DNA of 64,000 bases from a virus. Taxonomy: Duplodnaviria > Caudoviricetes. A program made the translations under genes and the position numbers. This document shows, in pieces, positions 33,671 through 41,383 of the stretch; the stretch's first letter is position 1; each line of letters starts with the position of its first letter. Under the pieces are notes generated by a model. That model did no database searches. It worked only from the letters and a program-made list of their open reading frames with translations, and was not told the DNA's origin. The stretch lies in the IMG/VR virus record IMGVR_UViG_3300026442_000101; one strand, given 5' to 3'.

Positions 33671-33821
33671 TAGGTAACTCTAGCAGGGAATCGAACCCGC
33701 TGCCTTCCTCATGTTTGCGTCTACCAATTCCGCCATTGGCCGATAGTGCCGGCCAAGCAGGACTCGAACCTGCAATCCTTTTCAGGAAGGTGAGGACGCT
33801 CTACCAATGAGCTACAGAGTT
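33671..33821 (-). ncRNA. nested double tRNA NC6 (151 nt): outer tRNA containing a permuted Leu-type tRNA lacking its anticodon arm
   Basis: Outer AACTCTG/TAGAGTT and TCCTC/GAGGA; inner CGGCCAA/TTGGCCG, D arm TGGCGGAATTGGTAGACGC; ends A-CCTA. Confidence 0.8.
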
Positions 33822-33823
33822 AG

Positions 33824-34122
33824 AATAAGCGCCTGGGGAGGACATTCCCCAGGTCTTGCCACTAATTACCCTAGTGGCCAAGGTGCCTTCATATCGCTTC
33901 AGGCAGGTTTGCGCGGTACTAGCTAGTGTCTGACCATGCTAGAACAGTGCTCGGCATGTGCGGCGCTGGCGCTTCCCTGATAACTCAAAGCCAACAGACT
34001 GGCTCCTCGTCGTCGTAGGGTCTAATGTAACTACAAAGCCTTACGTGCAGCTATAGCGCCTCGGGTAGGGAGGGCACGGGGCTAGGATCTTAGGCTTGGC
34101 ATAGGAGTACCGAGCTTCTGAT
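33824..34122 (-). ncRNA. candidate ~300-nt structured ncRNA
   Basis: No credible ORF; hairpins GCCACTAG/TTAGTGGC, CCTGGGG/CCCCAGG; flanked by tRNA-Gln and NC6. Confidence 0.4.
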
Positions 34123-34123
34123 T

Positions 34124-34201
34124 TGGCAGGGGTAATTGGATTCGAACCAATGATCGCGGCGTCAAAGGCCGCTGCTTTAGGCCAGGCTAAGCTATACCCC
34201 G
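34124..34201 (-). tRNA. trnQ: tRNA-Gln(UUG)
   Basis: GCGGC-CTTTGAC-GCCGC anticodon arm, TTCGAAT T loop, encoded CCA. Confidence 0.9.
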
Positions 34202-34209
34202 ATTGAAAA

Positions 34210-34285
34210 TGGCTCCACGACCTGGACTCGAACCAGGGACAGGCGAATTAACAGTCCGCTACTCTACCGACTGAGTTATCGTGGA
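34210..34285 (-). tRNA. trnN: tRNA-Asn(GUU)
   Basis: GCGGA-CTGTTAA-TTCGC, acceptor TCCACGA/TCGTGGA, CCA. Confidence 0.92.
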
Positions 34286-34361
34286 ACAAAGGGTGACCCT
34301 CCAGCCGATCTACGGCTAGTTAAGCGCGCTGCGTAATACGCTGCCTGGCAAGGGTCGTAAA

Positions 34362-34445
34362 TGGTGGATGGGGAAGGATTCGAACCTTCGAAAAATTAAT
34401 GGCGGCTTTACAGGCCGCTCCCTTTGACCTCTCGTGAACTCATCC
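34362..34445 (-). tRNA. trnY: tRNA-Tyr(GUA)
   Basis: GCGGC-CTGTAAA-GCCGC, long variable arm, CCA. Confidence 0.9.
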
Positions 34446-34454
34446 AGATGCAAG

Positions 34455-34530
34455 TGGTAGTACCGAGTGGGATGGAACCACCGACCTTATCCTTATCAGG
34501 GGTGCGCTCTACCAGCTGAGCTACGGCACT
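34455..34530 (-). tRNA. trnI: tRNA-Ile(GAU), possibly degenerate
   Basis: CTGATAA loop, CCA; anticodon stem CACCC/GGATA has 2 mismatches and T loop is TTCCATC. Confidence 0.7.
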
Positions 34531-34576
34531 ATCTTTCTTACATCTTATCTACACGTTCCGTAAAAATGTACGGAAA

Positions 34577-34885
34577 TCAATGAGATCCCTTCGAGCAACT
34601 CCGGCAACCTTTACAGCCAGGACGAGGAGTACCGGCCTTGATGTTGATGTCGGTCTTCCAGGTATGCGTTGCCCGCTCTACAGGAGATGCGGTGATAGCG
34701 ATCTTCACCTCGACATCTTCAGGATCCAGACCGAGCAGCACCCAGATGATCTCATGAACCTTAGGCTGCATGAGCTCGGTAAGTTCGGCCAGACCTACCT
34801 CAGTGAACGGAAGGTTATTCTCTGCGGCCACGTCTTTGATGACGTTCTCGATACGTTGACGGAAGTCCATGGTTTCTCGGGTCAT
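34577..34885 (-). CDS. hypothetical protein
   Basis: 102 aa, C-terminal CxxCxxC. Confidence 0.7.
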   Translation of the reverse strand: MTRETMDFRQRIENVIKDVAAENNLPFTEVGLAELTELMQPKVHEIIWVLLGLDPEDVEVKIAITASPVERATHTWKTDINIKAGTPRPGCKGCRSCSKGSH

Positions 34886-34899
34886 TTTGATTTCTCGAC

Positions 34900-34932
34900 A
34901 AAAAAAAAGAACGCGGGGTGGTTAGCCCCGCG
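34900..34932 (-). terminator. rho-independent terminator
   Basis: CGCGGGG...CCCCGCG plus A9. Confidence 0.7.
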
Positions 34933-34941
34933 GCTTGTGGA

Positions 34942-35052
34942 TCAACGCATCAACATGGAGATCGCCATGGTAACTGCCATGATGATCTTCAATCGACACA
35001 TTGCTTTCTTCTGCTTAGCCGTGAATGGCTTGAGCGGAGGTTTATGTTTCAT
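34942..35052 (-). CDS. 36-aa microprotein (not in ORF track)
   Basis: MKHKPPLKPFTAKQKKAMCRLKIIMAVTMAISMLMR; GAGGA SD. Confidence 0.5.
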   Translation of the reverse strand: MKHKPPLKPFTAKQKKAMCRLKIIMAVTMAISMLMR

Positions 35053-35061
35053 AGCTCGTCC

Positions 35062-35280
35062 TCAGATGAGTTCGAGTTTCAACCCATGCTCTTCCAGAGT
35101 GGCGATCAGATCCATCACGTCACGGCGCTGTATCCGACCGAGGCGTTCGTAAGACCCGAGCGCTTCTTCCAGTAGGTCAATCACGCGTTCGGAGTCAGTC
35201 TCTTCAGCGTTCTTGGCCAACATCCACTCAGGGAGTGGTTCATCGGGATTGAGCTCGATGTTTACGTTCATGCCTTCCAT
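35062..35280 (-). CDS. hypothetical protein
   Basis: 72-aa acidic ORF. Confidence 0.7.
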   Translation of the reverse strand: MEGMNVNIELNPDEPLPEWMLAKNAEETDSERVIDLLEEALGSYERLGRIQRRDVMDLIATLEEHGLKLELI

Positions 35281-36203
35281 TAGGTCGGGTTCTCTTCATT
35301 GAGGAGGTATTGGCGAATGCGCGCGACTGGGATGTTGAAGCCGAGGTTATTGATGATCGAGATCTCGCGATCACGAGCCAGCGGACTACGCGCCGCCAGG
35401 TGGCGAATCAGGAACTGCTGTTCATCGACGCGCAGTTCCTTGTAGCCGGTAATGTGCCAGCAGACCTCTTGGGATACTTCGTAGTAGGTCTTCCCACCCT
35501 CTCCAGGAATTCTGAGTCCGGCAAACCTGGAACGGAGATGATGCAAGTTGGACGGCAGGGTCATTGGGAGATCGGCAGATCTATTGAGGACCAGCGAGAT
35601 GAATTCCTCAAGCTCATCCATCCCGCATCTCGAAAACCGAGATTTGATGAACTCACGTTCGCACTCCTTGAGGAGATTGAAGTAAGGGATTTCCGCCAAC
35701 TCGGAGTCGGTAGGGGCAGCTGCGTTTTTCGAGTAACCGCTTGGAGGTCTTTGAAGCCGGCCAGAGTCTGCGATGTGGTACTCCTCGAACACCGATGGTC
35801 CGTTGAGCTTTTCGAAGTAAGCGTAGCAGCGCAGTTGCAGATACCCTGCGATAGATGCCCTGACATTCTTCGGGGCGCAGAATAGTGCGCCGCTGGTGTA
35901 GGCCTTGGCTTCTTCAGCCCCCACTTCTTCCAGCAGATTCCAGAATCCAGAACCGGGCAGTCCGGCGTTGGTGCCCGACTTACGTACGACGAGCGAGGTC
36001 AGGTGCGGCCAGTTCTTCTCGATGCAGAAGTGGAAGATGTGGGTGAGCAGACCGCCGATGGTCTTGGCCATCTGGTTGCCCCTGTTAGGGATGCCCACGA
36101 GACCTGCGAGCTCTTCGTAGGTAGTGGTTCTTCTCTCCATTGCCAGAACGATCAGTCTGGCCGAGATTGTCGAAGTTGCGCTGTGAATGTTATTGCTAGC
36201 CAT
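35280..36203 (-). CDS. protein with N-terminal winged-helix-like domain
   Basis: TTYEELAGLVG...PHLTSLVVRK...LPGSGFW pattern. Confidence 0.7.
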   Translation of the reverse strand: MASNNIHSATSTISARLIVLAMERRTTTYEELAGLVGIPNRGNQMAKTIGGLLTHIFHFCIEKNWPHLTSLVVRKSGTNAGLPGSGFWNLLEEVGAEEAKAYTSGALFCAPKNVRASIAGYLQLRCYAYFEKLNGPSVFEEYHIADSGRLQRPPSGYSKNAAAPTDSELAEIPYFNLLKECEREFIKSRFSRCGMDELEEFISLVLNRSADLPMTLPSNLHHLRSRFAGLRIPGEGGKTYYEVSQEVCWHITGYKELRVDEQQFLIRHLAARSPLARDREISIINNLGFNIPVARIRQYLLNEENPT

Positions 36204-36251
36204 GTGGCTCTCCTAAACACCGTGTGGTGTCGGTATTGTTAATGCGTAGGC

Positions 36252-36662
36252 TTAGAGTGCCGTACGCAGAGAAAACTCCGTGACGACGTGATTGACGTCA
36301 CAGGAGGTGGTGCTCTTTACGAACTCATCGAACTGGGCGTTATGCTTCATGCGATGCTCGACGATTGCTCGACGTATTGCGAGACTGGCGTCTGCGAAGC
36401 CGATGATGTTCTTTACGCATTCATCATGGCAACGGGTGGACTTGTCTTCTTGACGGACGTAGTAGGCGTCCATCTTGGCCCGGGATTCGGTGAAGCTATC
36501 TACGCAGAACTGATCGCGCTTGAGCTTCACCTTATCACGTTTGACTTCCACCACGTATACGCTTAGGGTTGCGTGTGACCCTTTACGCTTGGTAGTGTAG
36601 GTATCGCCCACGTAGATGGGTTTATAGACTGGAGCGGGTTGAGTTTGCTTGCGTAGCGGCAT
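36252..36662 (-). CDS. hypothetical protein
   Basis: 136-aa ORF. Confidence 0.7.
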   Translation of the reverse strand: MPLRKQTQPAPVYKPIYVGDTYTTKRKGSHATLSVYVVEVKRDKVKLKRDQFCVDSFTESRAKMDAYYVRQEDKSTRCHDECVKNIIGFADASLAIRRAIVEHRMKHNAQFDEFVKSTTSCDVNHVVTEFSLRTAL

Positions 36663-36673
36663 TTCACTTATCC

Positions 36674-37234
36674 TCAGAACCAGGAATGTAGTCTCTCGTT
36701 ATTGATGAGACTTTGGTATTTGTTTTCGATGAGTCGGCAACCCGGCTCAAGGAACGTGCACATCTTGTCGAACGTTTGCTGCGGGTTGAAGTTAGGCGAG
36801 GTGCGGCGGTTGGTGTGGAGACGATAGATGCTATCGAACCACTGCATGACAGCTTCGAGGCTAAAGCCTGCGCACATGCAGCGAACCATCAAGTTCATTG
36901 CCGTCTTCGACATCTCCACCAGGCCCTCGACCTGACGGTCGTGGAACACGTACTGCGGAGACACGAACATGTTGGTGTCCTTACAGTCGTGGGAAACCTC
37001 GATAGCGACGTTGCCATATTCCCCATGAATCATCACGCCGAGGCCGAAGCTATTCTCGTACGTGTAAACGCCGCCGCGAGTACCTAGACCTTGGGCCGAC
37101 ATGTGCGCTTTGGTGATCGCGAAGACTTCGTTAAATGCCATGAAGCGCAAGTGCGGGAAGCCTCGATCTTTCTTGATCATCTTGCCGATGGCGGTGTAGA
37201 TGCGGGAGCGTTCGACGCTATTGAAAGCCAACAT
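36674..37234 (-). CDS. hypothetical protein
   Basis: 186-aa ORF with SD. Confidence 0.75.
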   Translation of the reverse strand: MLAFNSVERSRIYTAIGKMIKKDRGFPHLRFMAFNEVFAITKAHMSAQGLGTRGGVYTYENSFGLGVMIHGEYGNVAIEVSHDCKDTNMFVSPQYVFHDRQVEGLVEMSKTAMNLMVRCMCAGFSLEAVMQWFDSIYRLHTNRRTSPNFNPQQTFDKMCTFLEPGCRLIENKYQSLINNERLHSWF

Positions 37235-37270
37235 GTTGCTGTCCTTATTAATGGTGGTTATCCAGGGCAG

Positions 37271-37280
37271 TAATGTGTTA
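37271..37280 (-). promoter_or_regulatory. putative phage promoter motif
   Basis: TAACACATTA on minus strand. Confidence 0.55.
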
Positions 37281-37301
37281 CCCTAATTTCTTTAACTGAG
37301 C

Positions 37302-37336
37302 AAAAAAAAGACGGCGGGTTTCCCCGCCGCTTATGT
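37302..37336. terminator. hairpin terminator
   Basis: GGCGGG-TTTC-CCCGCC with A-run and TTATG. Confidence 0.7.
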
Positions 37337-37338
37337 CG

Positions 37339-38184
37339 TTAGTTCAACGTCGCGCCGAACCGCAGATCGGAGAAGATGTCGCGCAGGGTAGCTTCGACTT
37401 CTTCATCGGTCATTGCATTGCCGACCATGGACTGATCGAGAGCGCCGTCTTCGATGACGCGTTCGATATAGTTCTTGAGCGGGACGGAGAACGTCGAGCG
37501 AGGTTGTTCGTCGCTGGTCAGGTAGTGGATGATCTCGTCGCGCATCAGTGCAGGAACGGCTTCCAGCGCACGCTCGACCGCCACGATTGGCGACATATGT
37601 ACGCGAATGGAGCGTGCACGCAACAGCGGATACAGGACTGCCAACTGGAGGTTACGCAACAGGCCGGCAGAGTGCTGGTTGACGTTCGGATCTTTCAGGA
37701 CCAGGTTGGCGCTGGTGAGTTCTTCGATGTAGCGAGATTCCATCACCAGGCAACGGACGCGCGCTGCGGCGATGGCCGCTACGTTCTTCGCCGTGCGCTC
37801 CAGGAAGGTGGCGTAGGTCACGTCTTCCACAAACGGGCTATTCGCCCAGAGGTCTTGAGCGAGGTCGATACCGTAGTGGAGAGTTTCCGGGTAGGTGAAC
37901 TCGAGCGGCTTACCGCCCTTCTCGATGTTACGGAAGTGGTCGAGAATCTCGTAGCCAATCACCTGGATTTTCAGATCACCTTCTTCATAGGTGATTTCGA
38001 TCTTGTCGGCACTTGGGCGCGACAGACCCTGATACTTGCCCGGCGGGTGGGCGTAGAGGAACTGCACCAGATGGTGGTTCTTGATGCCGTAATCGGTCGA
38101 ATGGACCGCGGCCTTGATCGGCATTACACCGCGGTTATTACAGGCTACGTAGATACCTTCAAATACAGGGAATGGGACGTTCAT
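37339..38184 (-). CDS. hypothetical protein
   Basis: 281 aa, codon-biased. Confidence 0.8.
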   Translation of the reverse strand: MNVPFPVFEGIYVACNNRGVMPIKAAVHSTDYGIKNHHLVQFLYAHPPGKYQGLSRPSADKIEITYEEGDLKIQVIGYEILDHFRNIEKGGKPLEFTYPETLHYGIDLAQDLWANSPFVEDVTYATFLERTAKNVAAIAAARVRCLVMESRYIEELTSANLVLKDPNVNQHSAGLLRNLQLAVLYPLLRARSIRVHMSPIVAVERALEAVPALMRDEIIHYLTSDEQPRSTFSVPLKNYIERVIEDGALDQSMVGNAMTDEEVEATLRDIFSDLRFGATLN

Positions 38185-38187
38185 GCC

Positions 38188-38784
38188 TTACTCCGTTGCT
38201 TCGATTCGCTCGAAGGTGTAGTAGGTGTGGGACGGAGTCTGGAACTCCGGCGCTTTGGGGTTTGATTCTTTCACGTCACGCAGATGCTGCCGCACCCACT
38301 TATCTTGAGGGAGGCGGAAGTTCTTGATGACAGTATCGTACTTCGGTGCTGTCTTGTGGACCAGCGTCAGGAACACAGTACCGACGATGTCGAGGGCTTC
38401 TTCGTAGATGCTGGCGCCACCGACAAAGAAGATCCACTCGGTGTCGAACGTACGGGCCAGTTCCAGAGCTTCATCGACACTGGACACGCCATAGATTTCG
38501 TTCTCTGGATCATGCACCTCGGAAGCGTATTCCGGCGAGCGGGTGACGACGATACGCTTACGACCGACCATGACAGCCGGCATCGATTCGTGAGTACTAC
38601 GCCCGGAGATGATGACGTTACCCGTGGTCAGGTCTTTGAACCGGGGAAGATCACCTTCGAGTTTCCATGGGATGGTGCCCTTGTAACCTATCTCGCCGTT
38701 TGCAGTAGCTGCGACGATCATGGCGAGTTTCCCTTTGACGGGATCAGCCATTTCCAGTTGGAATCGCGAAAGATCGAGAGACAT
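38188..38784 (-). CDS. folA: dihydrofolate reductase
   Basis: IVAATANGEIGYKGTIPW, DLPRFKDLT, GRSTHES, VGGASIY. Confidence 0.95.
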   Translation of the reverse strand: MSLDLSRFQLEMADPVKGKLAMIVAATANGEIGYKGTIPWKLEGDLPRFKDLTTGNVIISGRSTHESMPAVMVGRKRIVVTRSPEYASEVHDPENEIYGVSSVDEALELARTFDTEWIFFVGGASIYEEALDIVGTVFLTLVHKTAPKYDTVIKNFRLPQDKWVRQHLRDVKESNPKAPEFQTPSHTYYTFERIEATE

Positions 38785-38861
38785 AGGAATCCAAAATAAA
38801 AAAGTTGGCAGGGGGAAGAAGTCCCACGCTAGGACATAGCCTAGCGCGGGTATGTGAAACG

Positions 38862-40316
38862 TTACTCGAACACGAACCGGAAGGTGGCGTTCTCGAGGCT
38901 GATGGTGACGCCCTCACAAGGCTCGAAGACCTCGTTGTGCAGCTTAGGACCTACTTGGCTTTCCAAGGCCTCGTAGTCGATGTCGGTGATCTTCTGCACC
39001 AGCGCCGAGTCAGGGTAGTGACCAGGGTTGGCGTACAGGGTGATCGTCACGCCAGGCCAGAGCGTGTTGATTGCCGCCTTGATGCCGGAATGACGATTGG
39101 TGCTGAACGCCCACGGGCCGATGTCGACACTGATCTCGCGCGAAATCTCATCGACGTCAACGTTGACCACGTTTTCGTGCTTGGTGATGTCGTTGATGGT
39201 AGTCAGGCTGAACGTAGTGATGGCGTCGCTCAGTTCGACTTCCTTACCAGCGGCAGTCATCACCATGGTAGGCTTGCGCTTGAAGTCCATCTTCCGCAAC
39301 ACGGAGCTCAACGAGTCGACCGAGTGGTCCAAGACACTGGCGCCGAGTATACCAAACGGCGTCGAGAGCTCAAATCCGGTGAGTTCGCGGCGCGCAGAAC
39401 CCAGAGCGCCGACACGGTCCGCAGTCTTGTAGGCGAGCCAGTCGGTATAGTCCAGCGCTTTGAGCAGCTCGATGGCCAGCAGGTTGATCTGCTTGTTCAG
39501 CAAGGCATGGTTGACGACAACGCCATGGCGAGAGGTGAACGAGAAGTCCTGCTCAACACGGAAGTAGAACTTACGAGTGAGTGGCTTGGTACCGTGGGTG
39601 AGGCTGACGTAGTGCGTAGGACGCAGATCAGCTGGAGAGCCGATAGCTGTCCATGCATGCAGGTCGATGAGGGTAATGGTACCCCAATCATGGATCTGCA
39701 TTTCGCCTTCTTCAACCACGTATTTATCGCGCTCTTTGATCATGGCTTCTGCAGTCATGTTGTCAGTCTCAGGATTGATTTCGCGCAGCTTGGTGACTTC
39801 GCCACGCATTACGAGGCTGTAGAACTCAATGAGCGCTTCTGCCTTTTCGCCGACCAGGTCTTCGTACAACTTGTCGTCGAACACTTCACAGAAGTGACAA
39901 TTGTCGGTTTCGAAGACTTTGATCGGGACGCCGTAGCGGTCCTTCTCGAGCTTACGCGTCGACGGCATTTCGAAGTCTGGGAACAGTTGACGGTAATTAT
40001 CGCGCATCTCGTTACATCTGGCCTTGATGTGCGCGCGTGGATCGGCAACATCAGGAGTAACGCTGAGCTTGGTGTACTTACCGTCCACAATGGCTTTGAA
40101 CACCTTTGGCCACCAGGCAGACCGCTGGCTGTCGATGAGACGCTCAGCGACTTCTTGAATGGCGCGTACCTCGAAGCTACCGTTCAAGTATTGGTAAACG
40201 ACGAAGCGCTCGCCCGCTGGCAGTTCTTCGGGTTTGGCAACGGCGACATCTACGGTGTCGAGGGTCGGGTATTTAGCCAGGAATTCTTCGCGGGCAGTTT
40301 GTTTCTTTGCAGTCAT
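38862..40316 (-). CDS. hypothetical protein
   Basis: 484 aa, codon-biased. Confidence 0.8.
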   Translation of the reverse strand: MTAKKQTAREEFLAKYPTLDTVDVAVAKPEELPAGERFVVYQYLNGSFEVRAIQEVAERLIDSQRSAWWPKVFKAIVDGKYTKLSVTPDVADPRAHIKARCNEMRDNYRQLFPDFEMPSTRKLEKDRYGVPIKVFETDNCHFCEVFDDKLYEDLVGEKAEALIEFYSLVMRGEVTKLREINPETDNMTAEAMIKERDKYVVEEGEMQIHDWGTITLIDLHAWTAIGSPADLRPTHYVSLTHGTKPLTRKFYFRVEQDFSFTSRHGVVVNHALLNKQINLLAIELLKALDYTDWLAYKTADRVGALGSARRELTGFELSTPFGILGASVLDHSVDSLSSVLRKMDFKRKPTMVMTAAGKEVELSDAITTFSLTTINDITKHENVVNVDVDEISREISVDIGPWAFSTNRHSGIKAAINTLWPGVTITLYANPGHYPDSALVQKITDIDYEALESQVGPKLHNEVFEPCEGVTISLENATFRFVFE

Positions 40317-41089
40317 TATACAGCTTCCTTGTCCATAGTTGGGATAATGCGGTGAGTTGGAGTGCGGTTGTTTTCGACAGCACAGTGCGCGTCGCCGAGC
40401 TCGAATTCATTCGTCGGCGGCTTGCAGCCGGGGTACATCAAGGCGTAACGCTCCTCGAACGTCAACTCCTCGGTATTGGTTCTGTCCTCAGGACAGAACA
40501 CATAGCCGGGGTAGCGATTGTCGAGAAGATGTTTGGGGATGTAACGAACCATGCCTGCATCGCGCAAGATCTCCACGACCTTGTGCCCGGCTTTGCGGTT
40601 CTTGTGGAACATCTCAACCAGAGGGTCTTTCTTACCGCGATGCTCCCAGAACATCTTCATGCGGAAGAACAACTCACGGTCCATACCGCCAGCGCTGCCG
40701 ATGCAGCCAGGGTGGTCAGTGGCCATGTAGTAAGGTTCGACATCAGGAGCCGCGTCCTCTTCCTCGTAGATGAACTCGAGGATGTACTCGATGAACTGAG
40801 CCACCGCCGGAGAGCGGATACGGCCTTCGCCACAATGGACGATGATCTCCTTACGAGACTCTGACGCTACCAACGCGAAGTCGATGATCGAGAGGATGTG
40901 CTCGTCGGTGATTTGACCTTCCGGCTTGACCTTCGACATGTTCATCGGATCGAACTTCAGCTGCAAGAGCTGAATGTGGTTAGCGTGGTAAACGGCTGGC
41001 GAGTCGTAACTACCGCGCAGGCCGATCAGTCGCGTCGGCTTAGTCAGCGCGACAGCAGCTTCCTTACTGATGAAATGAATCTTTGGCAT
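40316..41089 (-). CDS. protein-tyrosine/dual-specificity phosphatase-like protein
   Basis: IIVHCGEGRIRS = HCx5R active-site loop. Confidence 0.75.
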   Translation of the reverse strand: MPKIHFISKEAAVALTKPTRLIGLRGSYDSPAVYHANHIQLLQLKFDPMNMSKVKPEGQITDEHILSIIDFALVASESRKEIIVHCGEGRIRSPAVAQFIEYILEFIYEEEDAAPDVEPYYMATDHPGCIGSAGGMDRELFFRMKMFWEHRGKKDPLVEMFHKNRKAGHKVVEILRDAGMVRYIPKHLLDNRYPGYVFCPEDRTNTEELTFEERYALMYPGCKPPTNEFELGDAHCAVENNRTPTHRIIPTMDKEAV

Positions 41090-41098
41090 GGGGTTTCC

Positions 41099-41383
41099 TT
41101 ACTTGAAGAACGCTACGTAGGCTACGCAGCCGATGATGGAACCGAAGACCAGGATATCGCGAATGACCCTCCCGGCTTTCCTTTTGAATGTTGCCAATTG
41201 CTCGCGCTTCCTTTGCTGATGTAATTCCGCGAGGCCGTGTTGGAAGCCCTTACGGTAAGACCACATGGCTGCGTTCTTGAACACCCCATGGCGTGGCCTT
41301 CGTTTGAGCTTCCATTTACCAGATAGTGCGTCGCGTTTACCTTCCTCGTACCAGAGCTTGGCACGCTGAGAGTTCTTACTCAT
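41099..41383 (-). CDS. small basic protein with C-terminal TM, Rmf-like motif
   Basis: YEEGKRDALSGK...YRKGFQHG; hydrophobic C-terminus. Confidence 0.65.
   Translation of the reverse strand: MSKNSQRAKLWYEEGKRDALSGKWKLKRRPRHGVFKNAAMWSYRKGFQHGLAELHQQRKREQLATFKRKAGRVIRDILVFGSIIGCVAYVAFFK

Noticed and set aside
31398-33821. tRNA fragments as prophage attachment-site scars
   Set aside because: No integrase in the window, no identical direct repeats of tRNA 3' ends, and each element has its own fully paired stems.
33824-34122. tmRNA, RNase P RNA or group I intron
   Set aside because: No GGGG..UUCGA/CCA tRNA-like ends with a tag ORF, and no recognisable P4 or P/Q/R/S consensus.
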